Shown in pieces: positions 1 through 16,171 of a DNA stretch of 64,000 nt. Source of the DNA: Macrostomum lignano (Eukaryota); assembly GCA_002269645.1 (NCBI GenBank), contig NIVC01000160.1, forward strand, positions 1-64,000, written 5' to 3'. Position numbers and translations under genes: made by a program. Position 1 is the stretch's first letter. Each line of letters starts with the position of its first letter. The notes below the pieces were generated by a model. The model had not been told where the DNA came from and did no database searches. It saw only the letters and a program-made list of their open reading frames with translations.

Positions 1-2155
1 TAGAGTCAAATAATTCATTTAGAGTCAAGGATTTCATTGTAGAAGTCAAAGACTTCATTGTAGAGTCAAGGACGTCATTGTAGAGTCAAGGACTTCATTG
101 TAGAGTCAAGGACGTCATTGTAGAGTCAAGGACTTCATTGTAGAGTCAAGGAATTCATGGAGAGTCAAGGACCTCCCTGATAGAGTCAAGCGAATTCATG
201 GAGAGTCAAGGACTCCCTGATAGAGTCAAGGACTTCATTGAGAGAGTCAAGGACCTCCCTGATAGAGTCAAGGACTTCATGAGAGAGTCAAGGACCTCCC
301 TGATAGAGTCAATGACTTCATTGTAGAGTCAAGGACATCATTGTAGAGTCAAGGACTTCATTGTAGAGTCAATGACTTCATTGTAGAGTCAAGGACTTCA
401 TTGTAGAGTCAAGGACGTCATTGTAGAGTCAAGGACGTCATTGTAGAGTCAAGGACGTCATTGTAGAGTCAAGGACTTCATTGTAGAGTCAAGGATTTCA
501 TTGTAGAGTCAAAGACTTCATTGTAGAGTCAAGGACGTCATTGTAGAGTCAAGGACTTCATTGTAGAGTCAAGGACGTCATTGTAGAGTCAAGGACTTCA
601 TTGTAGAGTCAAGGACGTCATTGTAGAGTCAAGGACTTCATTGTAGAGTCAAGGAATTCATGGGAGAGTCAAGGACCTCCCTGATAGAGTCAAGGAATTC
701 ATGAGAGAGTCAAGGACCTCCCTGATAGAGTCAAGGACCTCCCTGATAGAGTCAAGGACCTCCCTGATAGAGTCAAGGACCTCCCTGAGAGAGTCAAGGA
801 ACTCCCTGATAGAGTCAAGGACCTCCCTGATAGAGTCAAGGACCTCCCTGATAGAGTCAAGGACCTCCCTGAGAGAGTCAAGGACCTCCCTGATAGAGTC
901 AAGGAACTCCCTGATAGAGTCAAGGACTTCATGAGAGAGTCAAGGAACTCCCTGATAGAGTCAAGGACTTCATGAGAGAGTCAAGGACCTCCCTGATAGA
1001 GTCAAGGACCTTCCTGATAGAGTCAAGGACCTCCCTGATAGAGTCAAGGACCTTCCTGATAGAGTCAAGGACCTCCCTGATAGAGTCAAGGACCTCCCTG
1101 ATAGAGTCAAGGACCTTCCTGATAGAGTCAAGGACCTCCCTGAGAGAGTCAAGGAACTCCCTGATAGAGTCAAGGACTTCATGAGAGAGTCAAGGAACTC
1201 CCTGATAGAGTCAAGGACTTCATGAGAGAGTCAAGGAACTCCCTGATAGAGTCAAGGACTTCATGAGAGAGTCAAGGACCTTCCTGATAGAGTCAAGGAC
1301 CTCCCTGATAGAGTCAAGGACCTTCCTGATAGAGTCAAGGACCTCCCTGATAGAGTCAAGGACCTCCCTGATAGAGTCAAGGACCTTCCTGATAGAGTCA
1401 AGGACCTCCCTGATAGAGTCAAGGACCTTCCTGATAGAGTCAAGGACCTCCCTGATAGAGTCAAGGACCTCCCTGATAGAGTCAAGGACCTTCCTGATAG
1501 AGTCAAGGACCTCCCTGAGAGAGTCAAGGAACTCCCTGATAGAGTCAAGGACTTCATGAGAGAGTCAAGGAACTCCCTGATAGAGTCAAGGACTTCATGA
1601 GAGAGTCAAGGAACTCCCTGATAGAGTCAAGGACTTCATGAGAGAGTCAAGGACCTTCCTGATAGAGTCAAGGACCTCCCTGATAGAGTCAAGGACCTTC
1701 CTGATAGAGTCAAGGACCTCCCTGATAGAGTCAAGGACCTCCCTGATAGAGTCAAGGACCTTCCTGATAGAGTCAAGGACCTCCCTGATAGAGTCAAGGA
1801 CCTTCCTGATAGAGTCAAGGACCTCCCTGATAGAGTCAAGGACCTCCCTGATAGAGTCAAGGACTTCATGAGAGAGTCAAGGACCTCCCTGATAGAGTCA
1901 AGGACCTCCCTGATAGAGTCAAGGACCTCCCTGATAGAGTCAAGGACCTTCCTGATAGAGTCAAGGACCTCCCTGATAGAGTCAAGGGCCTCCCTGATAG
2001 AGTCAAGGACCTTCCTGATAGAGTCAAGGGCTTCCTGATAGAGTCAAGGGCTTCCTGATAGAGTCAAGGACCTCCCTGATAGAGTCAAGGACTTCCTGAT
2101 AGAGTCAAGGGCTTCCTGATAGAGTCAAGGACCTCCCTGATAGAGTCAAGGGCTT
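1..2155. repeat. Minisatellite, 20-bp unit TAGAGTCAAGGACTTCATTG grading into 21-bp unit TAGAGTCAAGGACCTCCCTGA (runs off the window start)
   Basis: Direct tandem periodicity; explains the IESRTSL / SLTLSGR ORFs at 699-1871. Confidence 0.97.
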
Positions 2156-2663
2156 TAGCTCGTATTGTAAAATCAAGGACTTCCATGGTCCATGTTAGAA
2201 GTTTTTGCTTGCACTGACACGGAAATGACAAAAAGACAAAGACATCCCATCACCTTTCTTATTTATAAGCGGCACATTTATTATTGCACAGTTGATGTAC
2301 GCTTGTATTATTAATTTCATTTTTTAATTCGGTGTTAAAATTCGACTTTGGCGCAGATATTTTCTGGTAAAAGCGCTAGGGAGGAAAATTTTATTGATGG
2401 CGATTAAGGAAAAAAATCAAAACGAATATCGGGATTCGTTTTGCGGGAATATTTATCAAAAAAAAAAAATCGAATTTAACTATGCAAGAGAATTTTGTTT
2501 GCGAGTAAACATTTCTAGCTCGCTGTAGAGGTAAATATGAGTGCGCATTGGGGATAAGCATGATTGAATAGTTTTTATAATTTGCTAAGCTGCATTTAGC
2601 CTATCTGTAAAAACCCGGCAATTTGGTCACAGTTCAGGCTCCACAGGACTGTCGATCGACAGT

Positions 2664-4948
2664 CTACCAGAGTCGGCACTTGCTAGCCGGGTTCATGCCG
2701 CTGCCAGCCTTGCAGGAGAACACCCTGGCGAACTCCTCGGAATTCTTCAGGCTGCCTAGGATCCGCAGCTTCGGCGGGCTGTGAGTCGGCTGCTTGTATC
2801 TGGTCACGTACACCTCTGGTGGCACCTTCTCGCACCAGATCTGAGCGAACTGCACGAAGAACATCATCTCTGGCGTGAGGCTCTTTAGTGCTCCCGGCAG
2901 GCGCTTCGGCTCCGTGCTGCCTGGCCGTTTGAGCTGGTTTTGCAGAGCTCTGTAGGCGCTGCTTATGCCCAGGACATCCGCAATGTTGTTGCCCAGAGTG
3001 GCGTTTCCATCCAGACGCGTCCCCTTGCCGAGCTCCATGGCGCTGAATGAGTCCACTAAGCAGCCAGTTCGGTTGAGGAAGCCCGCCTCGGTGCTGTTGT
3101 CCCAAAAGTGGCCCTCCGATCCACTGTCGGTCAGGATGTGGCCAGCGTCATCAAAGCTGTGCCCGATCTCGTGCCCGATGACGGTGCCGATGCCGCCATA
3201 TCGCAAGTACACCGGATACTTTGGATCGTACAGATACGGACCAAGGATGCCCATCGGGAAGATTATTGTGTTTCGTTCCATAAAGTTGAACGCGTTCACC
3301 TGCAGCGGATTTGTAACGAAAAAGTAGGACACGGTGGAATTGGCTGTCATTACCTGGGCTTGCTTGCTAGTTTCAATCAGCTGGTAGAGGCCAACAAAGT
3401 GTCCAAATCCTCTGTCCTTCTTGTACAGCTTCCTGACGGTGGAGAAGTACGCTTTAATGCTCTCGGGCTCATCGGGTCGTAGCCCACGGATTGCTTTACC
3501 GAGCGGATTTTCGACTTTATAGACAGCTTGCCCTTCTCTGAGATCCACGTCTCGTCGTCGACATTCTGTTCCATCGCCTGCTTAACGTCCTCTATGATGC
3601 GGTGAATGTCCGAGAAGCCCTGTTTAATGAACGCGCGGGTGAACATGTCAACAACCACCGGCTGCATGCTGGTCATGGCGAACAGCATGCAAAACTTGGG
3701 ATAGGTGGCTTCGTCCGTGGTTGACTGAACCTCCTGCACATTTATGCCCGTCTGCTTCAGCTTGGTCACCTGACCGCGCAGCGGCTCCGGGAAAAACTTG
3801 GCAAACGAAAGGACAGAGTCGAGTAGGAGGAAGGCGCACTCTGGTCTGTATTCGTCAACGCCAAACGTGGCTGTTTTGGCCAGATTGTCCAGCACGCGGT
3901 ACAGAATGCTGACGTTCTGTACGGAGACTCCGTGGTCCGGTGGGATTTGTCGATCAAATGCATAGAAAAGCAGGCGGCTCCAGTTGAAGGTTGCTCCGGG
4001 CTTCAGCTGCTGGAGGCTTTCCAGCGTGCCGTTGTACAACTCGTCTATTGCTGCGTCAGCTGGCAATTGTTTAGTGAGGTCGAACAGCTGATTTTGAGTG
4101 CGAATCAGTTTGTCAACGCCTCCCTTCAGACGAAGGATCTTGGCAAAGTTGAGGGTAATGTTGACTGTCAGAGCGTCCAGCACCGGTTGCAGGTCCTCGC
4201 GAGTCCATCTACTGGTGAAGCCGAACAGGTCAGTTTTGATGCTGATTTTGGTGTCGTTGAACTCACTGCTCCCATCGGACTCAGCCGACAGGATCACCGA
4301 GTACTCGCTGTCCGTCAGCGCCAGCTTCACCAAACCGGTGGCCCCGCGCTTCATCAACTGACCCAGAAGCTGCTCCACGGAGCTCAGCTGGTTCGTTCGG
4401 ATTCCGTCTGTGGCAAACTCGAACAGCGGATCGACAAAGGACGACAGAACACTGGAACCTGTCCAGAAGGCATCATGCCAGGACATGCAGGAGTGGAACA
4501 TGGATCGGCTGATGTTGTACAGAACGGCCATCTCGGGATCGTCCGTGCTCACCATGCCGTCAATGTAGAGCAACTCAAAGATCTTGCTCTGCAGGCTCTT
4601 GATCATGTCCACGTAGGCTCCTATGCCTGTCTTGATCGACTGGCTGTTGTACCGGTTCCTGTCTGCGTAGCCGCCACACGCATATTCAAAGAAGTCCTCG
4701 CACGGGTCGGCAGTCAAATTAACGTTCTGTGTGATAAAAGCGCCCACCTCGATGCACTCCCTGGTGGTGCAGACGTCAGGACCGCAGTCTCGAGCAGGCA
4801 GGTACACGAACAGCAGGAAAATTACCACGGCAAGCAGCACGGTTGTCAATACGAAGAACATCAGGCAGAAAGCCAGCAATCTGTTCAGTTTGCTCGGCGG
4901 AGGCTGCAGCTGCAGCGTCTCCTCCTCGACCGCGTGAGAAGCCGCCAT
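2664..4948 (-). CDS. Neprilysin/ECE-like M13 family type II membrane metallopeptidase homolog, intronless, interrupted by a single-base frameshift near 3474-3476 (about 761 aa if restored)
   Basis: ATG at 4948 (ORF track starts at TTG 5002). N-terminal TM helix LLAFCLMFFVLTTVLLAVVIFLLFVYL; CTTREC..DPCEDFFEYACGG; WISE..VGY; NAF; HEIGH (HExxH); GNNIAD; HSP..R; C-terminal CRLW; TAG at 2664-2666. Two overlapping ORFs (3377-5002, 2664-3548) join around the VGYDP motif. Confidence 0.9.
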
Positions 4949-6482
4949 GCTGTTGTCACTGCGCAAGCGGGACGAAACGGGGACTTCAGATAACTTATCC
5001 AAGCACTTTACATGTTAACGTACAATAGATTACTGGAAAATGGGCGGCTGTCTTAGTTTCAAGAGACTTTCACCAATCGAAGTCTGCACTATCTTTCTGT
5101 GCAACTGTGGGCTTGCCCGCCTTGGGATACAAAGGAGGTGTACTATTGAAAACCAAGCGGCCCAGAAGAGGACTGGGAAACGCTTTTCTAATCGCTCTTT
5201 CCAGCTCGCACTCGCCAGCGTCCTTTTAGGCCAGTCCGTCGAGAGAGCGTGGGGAATTCGTGTCTAAGTGCGGCCCGAAAAGGTCTATCCCCACCAGTCT
5301 GTGGATAAATAGTATTTTACGCGAATCTTCCATCAGCAGTAGGTTTAATGGTGAGGGCTACGAGAGGCGAAGCTGCCCGCAACGTACCTGATGCTGATCT
5401 TCAACAGGAATGGTTGACAGATGACCCAGTAAATGCGCTGTTAGGAGAGGGAATCGAATGAGTGGAAAGGATAGATTCACAACTTGGATGCGCAAATTTT
5501 GTCGTTTGTGAAACCGATACAGACCTAGAGCTGCGGCCACCCGTTTTAATACCGAGGCTAAATTATTCTGCCCGAGATATTTGCTAGGCCATTGGGCCGG
5601 CCTATCGGACGGGGATTCGCATCGGTCCCGTCACAGAGAGTAAAATCGAAACTGAGCTGGAAATTTTTATGCCTCGAAAGTTGCACAGCGGATGCAGCGG
5701 AATGGAATGGGGCGAAATTGAGATTGTAGCGCACAGATAGGCCTTCGGGTCGGCCAGAGGAGGCCCAGCTATCGACTGGGCCGCCGCCCCATGGGAGAAG
5801 TCTGTTTTGAATTTTGCAGCACGTCCCAACGCAGCAATTCCCTTTCAGCCCCATTGGCATGACAGCTCATGCAGACACAAATTTTGATGCTCAGGCAGGC
5901 TATCAAACTCACTCGCTGCATGGTCGCTTCAGTTCCAGCGTTGTAAAACATCGTCCATGGACTACTCGTACGCGCGTATTTGGACACTCCACTGCTTTCC
6001 AGATACAAATTTTTAGAACGCCTTGAATCCGCATAAACCAATATCGTAGCAAGCACACTTCACTCGGCGATTTCGAAGCCGCTTCTATGTGAGCAGTCTA
6101 TCGGAATTTGATTTCGTTATCCGCAAACCGGCGAGGCGGCAAGTCTATGTGTGCCGATCTTATAGACGCTTGATGCTAGCTATACTCCTGAGTGCTCAGC
6201 TTACTCATGTCTCGTGTCTCTTTCTGTTATAAGATTTTGTTAGCTTACCCCAAACTGCCTTGCCTGGCTGTAGCGTTAGAATTGCAGGACACACTGCGGT
6301 CCGAATGGAACGGAATCTAAGGCATCGATAGCAGTGTATTTTATTGTGCTTATTTCTAATAATGCGGAAGCAGAGTTTGTAATGAGTAATTTCACATTTC
6401 TACCTAGCGGTACACTTCATTTGGCAGTAAGAACTACCTGCTCAAATTAGCTGAATTGCTTTTTTTAAGCTAAAGATTTGGT

Positions 6483-9432
6483 TGACACTGGCACCCTTCT
6501 AGTGACACTGGCACCCTTCTAGTGACACTGGCACCCTTCTAGTGACACTGGCACCCTTCTAGTGACACTGGCACCCTTCTAGTGACACTGGCACCCTTCT
6601 AGTGACACTGGCACACTTCTAGTGACACTGGCACCCTTCTAGTGACACTGGCACCCTTCTAGTGACACTGGCACCCTTTCAGTGACACTGGCATCCTACT
6701 AGTGACACTGGCACCCTTCTAGTGACACTGGCACCCTTCTAGTGACACTGGCACCCTTCTAGTGACACTGGAACCCTTCTAGTGACACTGGCACACTTCT
6801 AGTGACACTGGCACCCTTTCAGTGACACTGGCATCCTACTAGTGACACTGGCACCCTTCTAGTGACACTGACACCCTTCTAGTGACACTGGCACCCTTCT
6901 AGTGACACTGACACCCTTCTAGTGACACTGGCACCCTTTCAGTGACACTGGCACCCTTCTAGTGACACTGGCACCCTTTCAGTGACACTGGCATCCTACT
7001 AGTGACACTGGCACCCTTCTAGTGACACTGGCACCCTTTCAGTGACACTGGCATCCTACTAGTGACACTGGCACCCTTCTAGTGACACTGGCACCCTTTC
7101 AGTGACACTGGCACCCTTCTAGTGACACTGGCACCCTTTCAGTGACACTGGCACACTTCTAGTGACACTGGCACCCTTCTAGTGACACTGGCACCCTTTC
7201 AGTGACACTGGCACACTTCTAGCGACACTGGCACACTTCTAATGACACTGGCATCCTTCTAGTGACACTGGCACCCTTTCAGTGACACTGGCACCCTTTC
7301 AGTGACACTGGCATCCTACTAGTGACACTGGCACCCTTCTAGTGACACTGGCACCCTTTCAGTGACACTGGCACACTTCTAGTGACACTGGCACCCTTCT
7401 AGTGATACTGGCACCCTTCTAGTGACACTGGCACCCTTCTAGTGACACTGGCATCCTTCTAGTGACACTGGCACCCTACTAGTGACACTGGCACCCTTCT
7501 AGTGACACTGGCACCCTTTCAGTGACACTGGCACACTTCTAGTGACACTGGCACCCTTCTAGTGATACTGGCACCCTTCTAGTGACACTGGCACCCTTTC
7601 AGTGACACTGGCATCCTACTAGTGACACTGGCACCCTTCTAGTGACACTGGCACCCTTTCAGTGACACTGGCATCCTACTAGTGACACTGGCACCCTTCT
7701 AGTGACACTGGCACCCTTCTAGTGACACTGGCACCCTTCTAGTGACACTGGCACCCTTCTAGTGACACTGGCACACTTCTAGTGACACTGGCACACTTCT
7801 AGTGACACTTCTAGTGACCTTTCAGTGACACTGGCACACTTCTAGTGACACTGGCACCCTTCTAGTGACACTGGCACACTTCTAGTGACACTGGCACCCT
7901 TTCAGTGACACTGGCATCCTACTAGTGACACTGGCACCCTTCTAGTGACACTGGCACCCTTTCAGTGACACTGGCATCCTACTAGTGACACTGGCACCCT
8001 TCTAGTGACACTGGCACCCTTCTAGTGACACTGGCACACTTCTAGTGACACTGGCACACTTCTAGTGACACTTGTACCCTTTCAGTGACACTGGCATCCT
8101 ACTAGTGACACTGGCACCCTTCTAGTGACACTGGCACCCTTTCAGTGACACTGGCACCCTACTAGTGACACTGGCACCCTTTCAGTGACACTGGCACACT
8201 TCTAGTGACACTGGCACCCTTTCAGTGACACTGGCACACTTCTAGTGACACTGGCACCCTTCTAGTGATACTGGCACCCTTCTAGTGACACTGGCACCCT
8301 TCTAGTGACACTGGCACCCTTCTAGTGACACTGGCACCCTTCTAGTGACACTGGCACCCTTCTAGTGACACTGGCACCCTTTCAGTGACACTGGCACACT
8401 TCTAGTGACACTGGCACCCTTCTAGTGATACTGGCACCCTTCTAGTGACACTGGAACCCTTCTAGTGACACTGGCACACTTCTAGTGACACTGGCACCCT
8501 TTCAGTGACACTGGCATCCTACTAGTGACACTGGCACCCTTCTAGTGACACTGGCACCCTTTCAGTGACACTGGCACACTTCTAGTGACACTGGCACCCT
8601 TCTAGTGATACTGGCACCCTTCTAGTGACACTGGCACCCTTCTAGTGACACTGGCATCCTTCTAGTGACACTGGCACCCTACTAGTGACACTGGCACCCT
8701 TCTAGTGACACTGGCACCCTTTCAGTGACACTGGCACACTTCTAGTGACACTGGCACCCTTTCAGTGACACTGGCATCCTACTAGTGACACTGGCACCCT
8801 TCTAGTGACACTGGCACCCTTTCAGTGACACTGGCATCCTACTAGTGACACTGGCACCCTTCTAGTGACACTGGCACCCTTTCAGTGACACTGGCACCCT
8901 TCTAGTGACACTGGCACCCTTTCAGTGACACTGGCACACTTCTAGTGACACTGGCACCCTTCTAGTGACACTGGCACCCTTTCAGTGACACTGGCACACT
9001 TCTAGCGACACTGGCACACTTCTAATGACACTGGCATCCTTCTAGTGACACTGGCACCCTTTCAGTGACACTGGCACCCTTTCAGTGACACTGGCACACT
9101 TCTAGTGACACTGGCACCCTTTCAGTGACACTGGCATCCTACTAGTGACACTGGCACCCTTCTAGTGACACTGGCACCCTTTCAGTGACACTGGCATCCT
9201 ACTAGTGACACTGGCACCCTTCTAGTGACACTGGCACCCTTTCAGTGACACTGGCACCCTTCTAGTGACACTGGCACCCTTTCAGTGACACTGGCACACT
9301 TCTAGTGACACTGGCACCCTTCTAGTGACACTGGCACCCTTTCAGTGACACTGGCACACTTCTAGCGACACTGGCACACTTCTAATGACACTGGCATCCT
9401 TCTAGTGACACAGGCACCCTTCTAGTGACATT
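6483..9432. repeat. Minisatellite, 20-bp unit AGTGACACTGGCACCCTTCT (~147 copies) with higher-order variant blocks
   Basis: Direct periodicity, with one phase slip near 7801-7824. Confidence 0.98.
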
Positions 9433-9594
9433 AGCACAAGAAGTCGAAGCAGTCGAAGAAGTGTTTGTTTAGACAAATGAATTCAGGGCGAAGAGGTTTG
9501 TACTGGAATCTCTTCTAGCCTTGTAGATGCAACAGTTGTGTTTACACTGAGACTTGCTTCCCCATTCTGCAAGCATTGAGAAGCAAGCATCTGC

Positions 9595-9650
<56 letters not shown>
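9595..9650. repeat. (AGAT)n microsatellite
   Basis: Direct. Confidence 0.97.
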
Positions 9651-10069
9651 GCACCAATTGACCCGGGCGGGTGCAGAGGTTGGCGCGGACCCTCGCAGCG
9701 GTTCTTCGCACCGCAAAGCCAGCAGCATTGGCTGGCCGCACACAGCAGTGCGGGGAGTCCACAGAGGGAGAGGCAAAATTGACAGCGCCAGATGGCCGGG
9801 TGCAGACGGGAAGAAATTCTGGAAGTGGATTTCAATCCCAGCTTTAAATCTGTCTTATACTTGTGTTCCCTCGCGGCAGTCCACTCGAAGGCGACGACAT
9901 TGGAACAGAAAGTCAAGTCAAGCGAAACGTGAACCAGCGTCTGAGAGTTTGCGCTGCTGCATCAGCTGAGAAGAGCGTCCGCAGTACAAACCAGCCAGTG
10001 ACTGCTCCTGGCCGAGGATTCACTGACGCCACCTGCTAATTACAGGTGCGTTTGCGAGGTAAAAAACTG

Positions 10070-10840
10070 AGACAGACACTAAGACAGACACTAAGACAGA
10101 CACTAAGACAGACACTAAGACAGACACTAAGACAGACACTAAGACAGACACTAAGACAGACACTAAGACAGACACTAAGACAGACACTAAGACAGACGCT
10201 AAGACACACTAAGACAGACACTAAGACACACTAAGACAGACACTAAGACAGACGCTAAGATACACTAAGACAGACACTAAGACACACTAAGACAGACGCT
10301 AAGACAGACACTAAGACAGACACTAAGACAGACACTAAGACAGACACTAAGACAGACACTAAGACAGACACTAAGACAGACACTAAGACACACTAAGATA
10401 GACGCTAAGACAGACACTAAGACAGACACTAAAACAGACACTAAGACAGACACTAAGACAGACACTAAGACACACTAAGATAGACGCTAAGACAGACACT
10501 AAGACAGACACTAAAACAGACACTAAGACAGACACTAAGACAGACGCTAAGACACACTAAGACAGACACTAAGACACACTAAGACAGACACTAAGACAAA
10601 CGCTAAGATACACTAAGACAGACACTAAGACGCACTAAGACAGACGCTAAGACAGACACTAAGACAGACACTAAGACAGACACTAAGACAGACACTAAGA
10701 CAGACACTAAGACAGACACTAAGACAGACACTAAGACAGACACTAAGACAGACACTAAGACAGACACTAAGACAGACACTAAGACAGACACTAAGACAGA
10801 CAATAAGACAGACACTAAGACAGACACTAAGACAGACGGA
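10070..10840. repeat. 12-bp minisatellite AGACAGACACTA, probably inside a 5'UTR intron of the GTPase gene (donor at 10046 or 10059, acceptor CACAG 10908)
   Basis: Direct periodicity; flanking CAG|GTGCGT / GAG|GTAAAA and CACACAG| sites. Confidence 0.93.
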
Positions 10841-10961
10841 CACGGATTACAAGAATCCACACAGGCCGTACCTCAGCTGACCTGATTGTCAAATTCACAC
10901 ACACACAGGCCCAGTCAGAACAATCGGGTTTAATTAAAGGTAATTAAAGGTAATTAAAAAT

Positions 10962-15512
<4,551 letters not shown>

Positions 15513-15949
15513 ATTAATGCTGAGCCATGGCGCTCAGAATGTCACTAATTTGCATTGCTTAGTTTTTAGCTGTCTGTTCTCTAGGTTGACACTGGTAATT
15601 GGTTAGAAATTGGTACAGTAGCTACTGTGTTACTTGTACATGTACATGTAAATGATTATAAAGTGCAAAATAGAAAACTTTGAACAGCAATGGTTTTTAT
15701 TTAAACTACACCCTTACGTACGATATTTGTCGATACAAATAAAACTGAGCTTTCGTAAACTTTCTTTCATGCATGCATACATGTACATGTATGCTGTACT
15801 GTACGGAGCGTAAATGAGCTACATGTACGTACGATTACAATAAGTTCAGAGACATGTTCGATTGAAACTTGTGCTGCCTAAGTTTTGGCCTTCAATTTCA
15901 CAGGTTTCTGTTAGACTGCTGCGGTTGACTTTAATTTCGACAAATATTA

Positions 15950-16171
15950 AATTTCATTCTCGGGTTTTTAGTACCATGCTTTTTCGGCACCGCATGTACT
16001 CTTTTTGGCGCCGCAGGCGCTTGAATTATATTTTGACAGTCCAAAAGCAAAACTCGTGATTTCGATAAAGAGTTATAAGGTGGGGTGGGGAACAAAGCAT
16101 AACATGTCCCCCCCAACAGCTCTTACTGGGGCATTTCCACTGCCCTCTCCCCAGTGACATCGACGCCCTTG
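15950..16171. mobile_element. Partial copy of the MITE family seen at 24662-24935
   Basis: Shares GGCGCCGCAGGCGC, GGTGGGGTxGGGGxACAAAGCA and a terminal CGACGCCCTTG with the 24.7-kb element. Confidence 0.55.

Noticed and set aside
699-1871. Repetitive ORFs (IESRTSL / SLTLSGR) and similar ORFs at 10036-10860, 11372-11924, 12176-13034, 35732-36164, 38637-39016, 39158-40326, 45229-45810, 46578-46940, 53272-54768
   Set aside because: Translations of tandem repeats with unit lengths divisible by three, open on both strands; they lie in introns or spacers of assembled genes
3468-3499. 32-nt GT-AG mini-intron or programmed -1 frameshift to rescue the M13 frame
   Set aside because: The intron would delete the conserved VGY(P) motif and is very short; there is no X-XXY-YYZ slippery heptamer at the shift
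2683-4993. Long antisense or alternate-frame ORFs over the M13, tektin, C2CD5 and morgue exons (e.g. 3932-4993 +, 19076-19528 -, 41068-41568 -)
   Set aside because: Typical shadows of GC-rich coding sequence, with no independent motifs
5040-6480. Short ORFs between the M13 gene and the 20-bp array
   Set aside because: No recognisable domains or consistent splice structure
6483-9432. CRISPR-like appearance of regular 20-63 bp repeats
   Set aside because: No unique spacers between repeats, no cas genes, eukaryotic context
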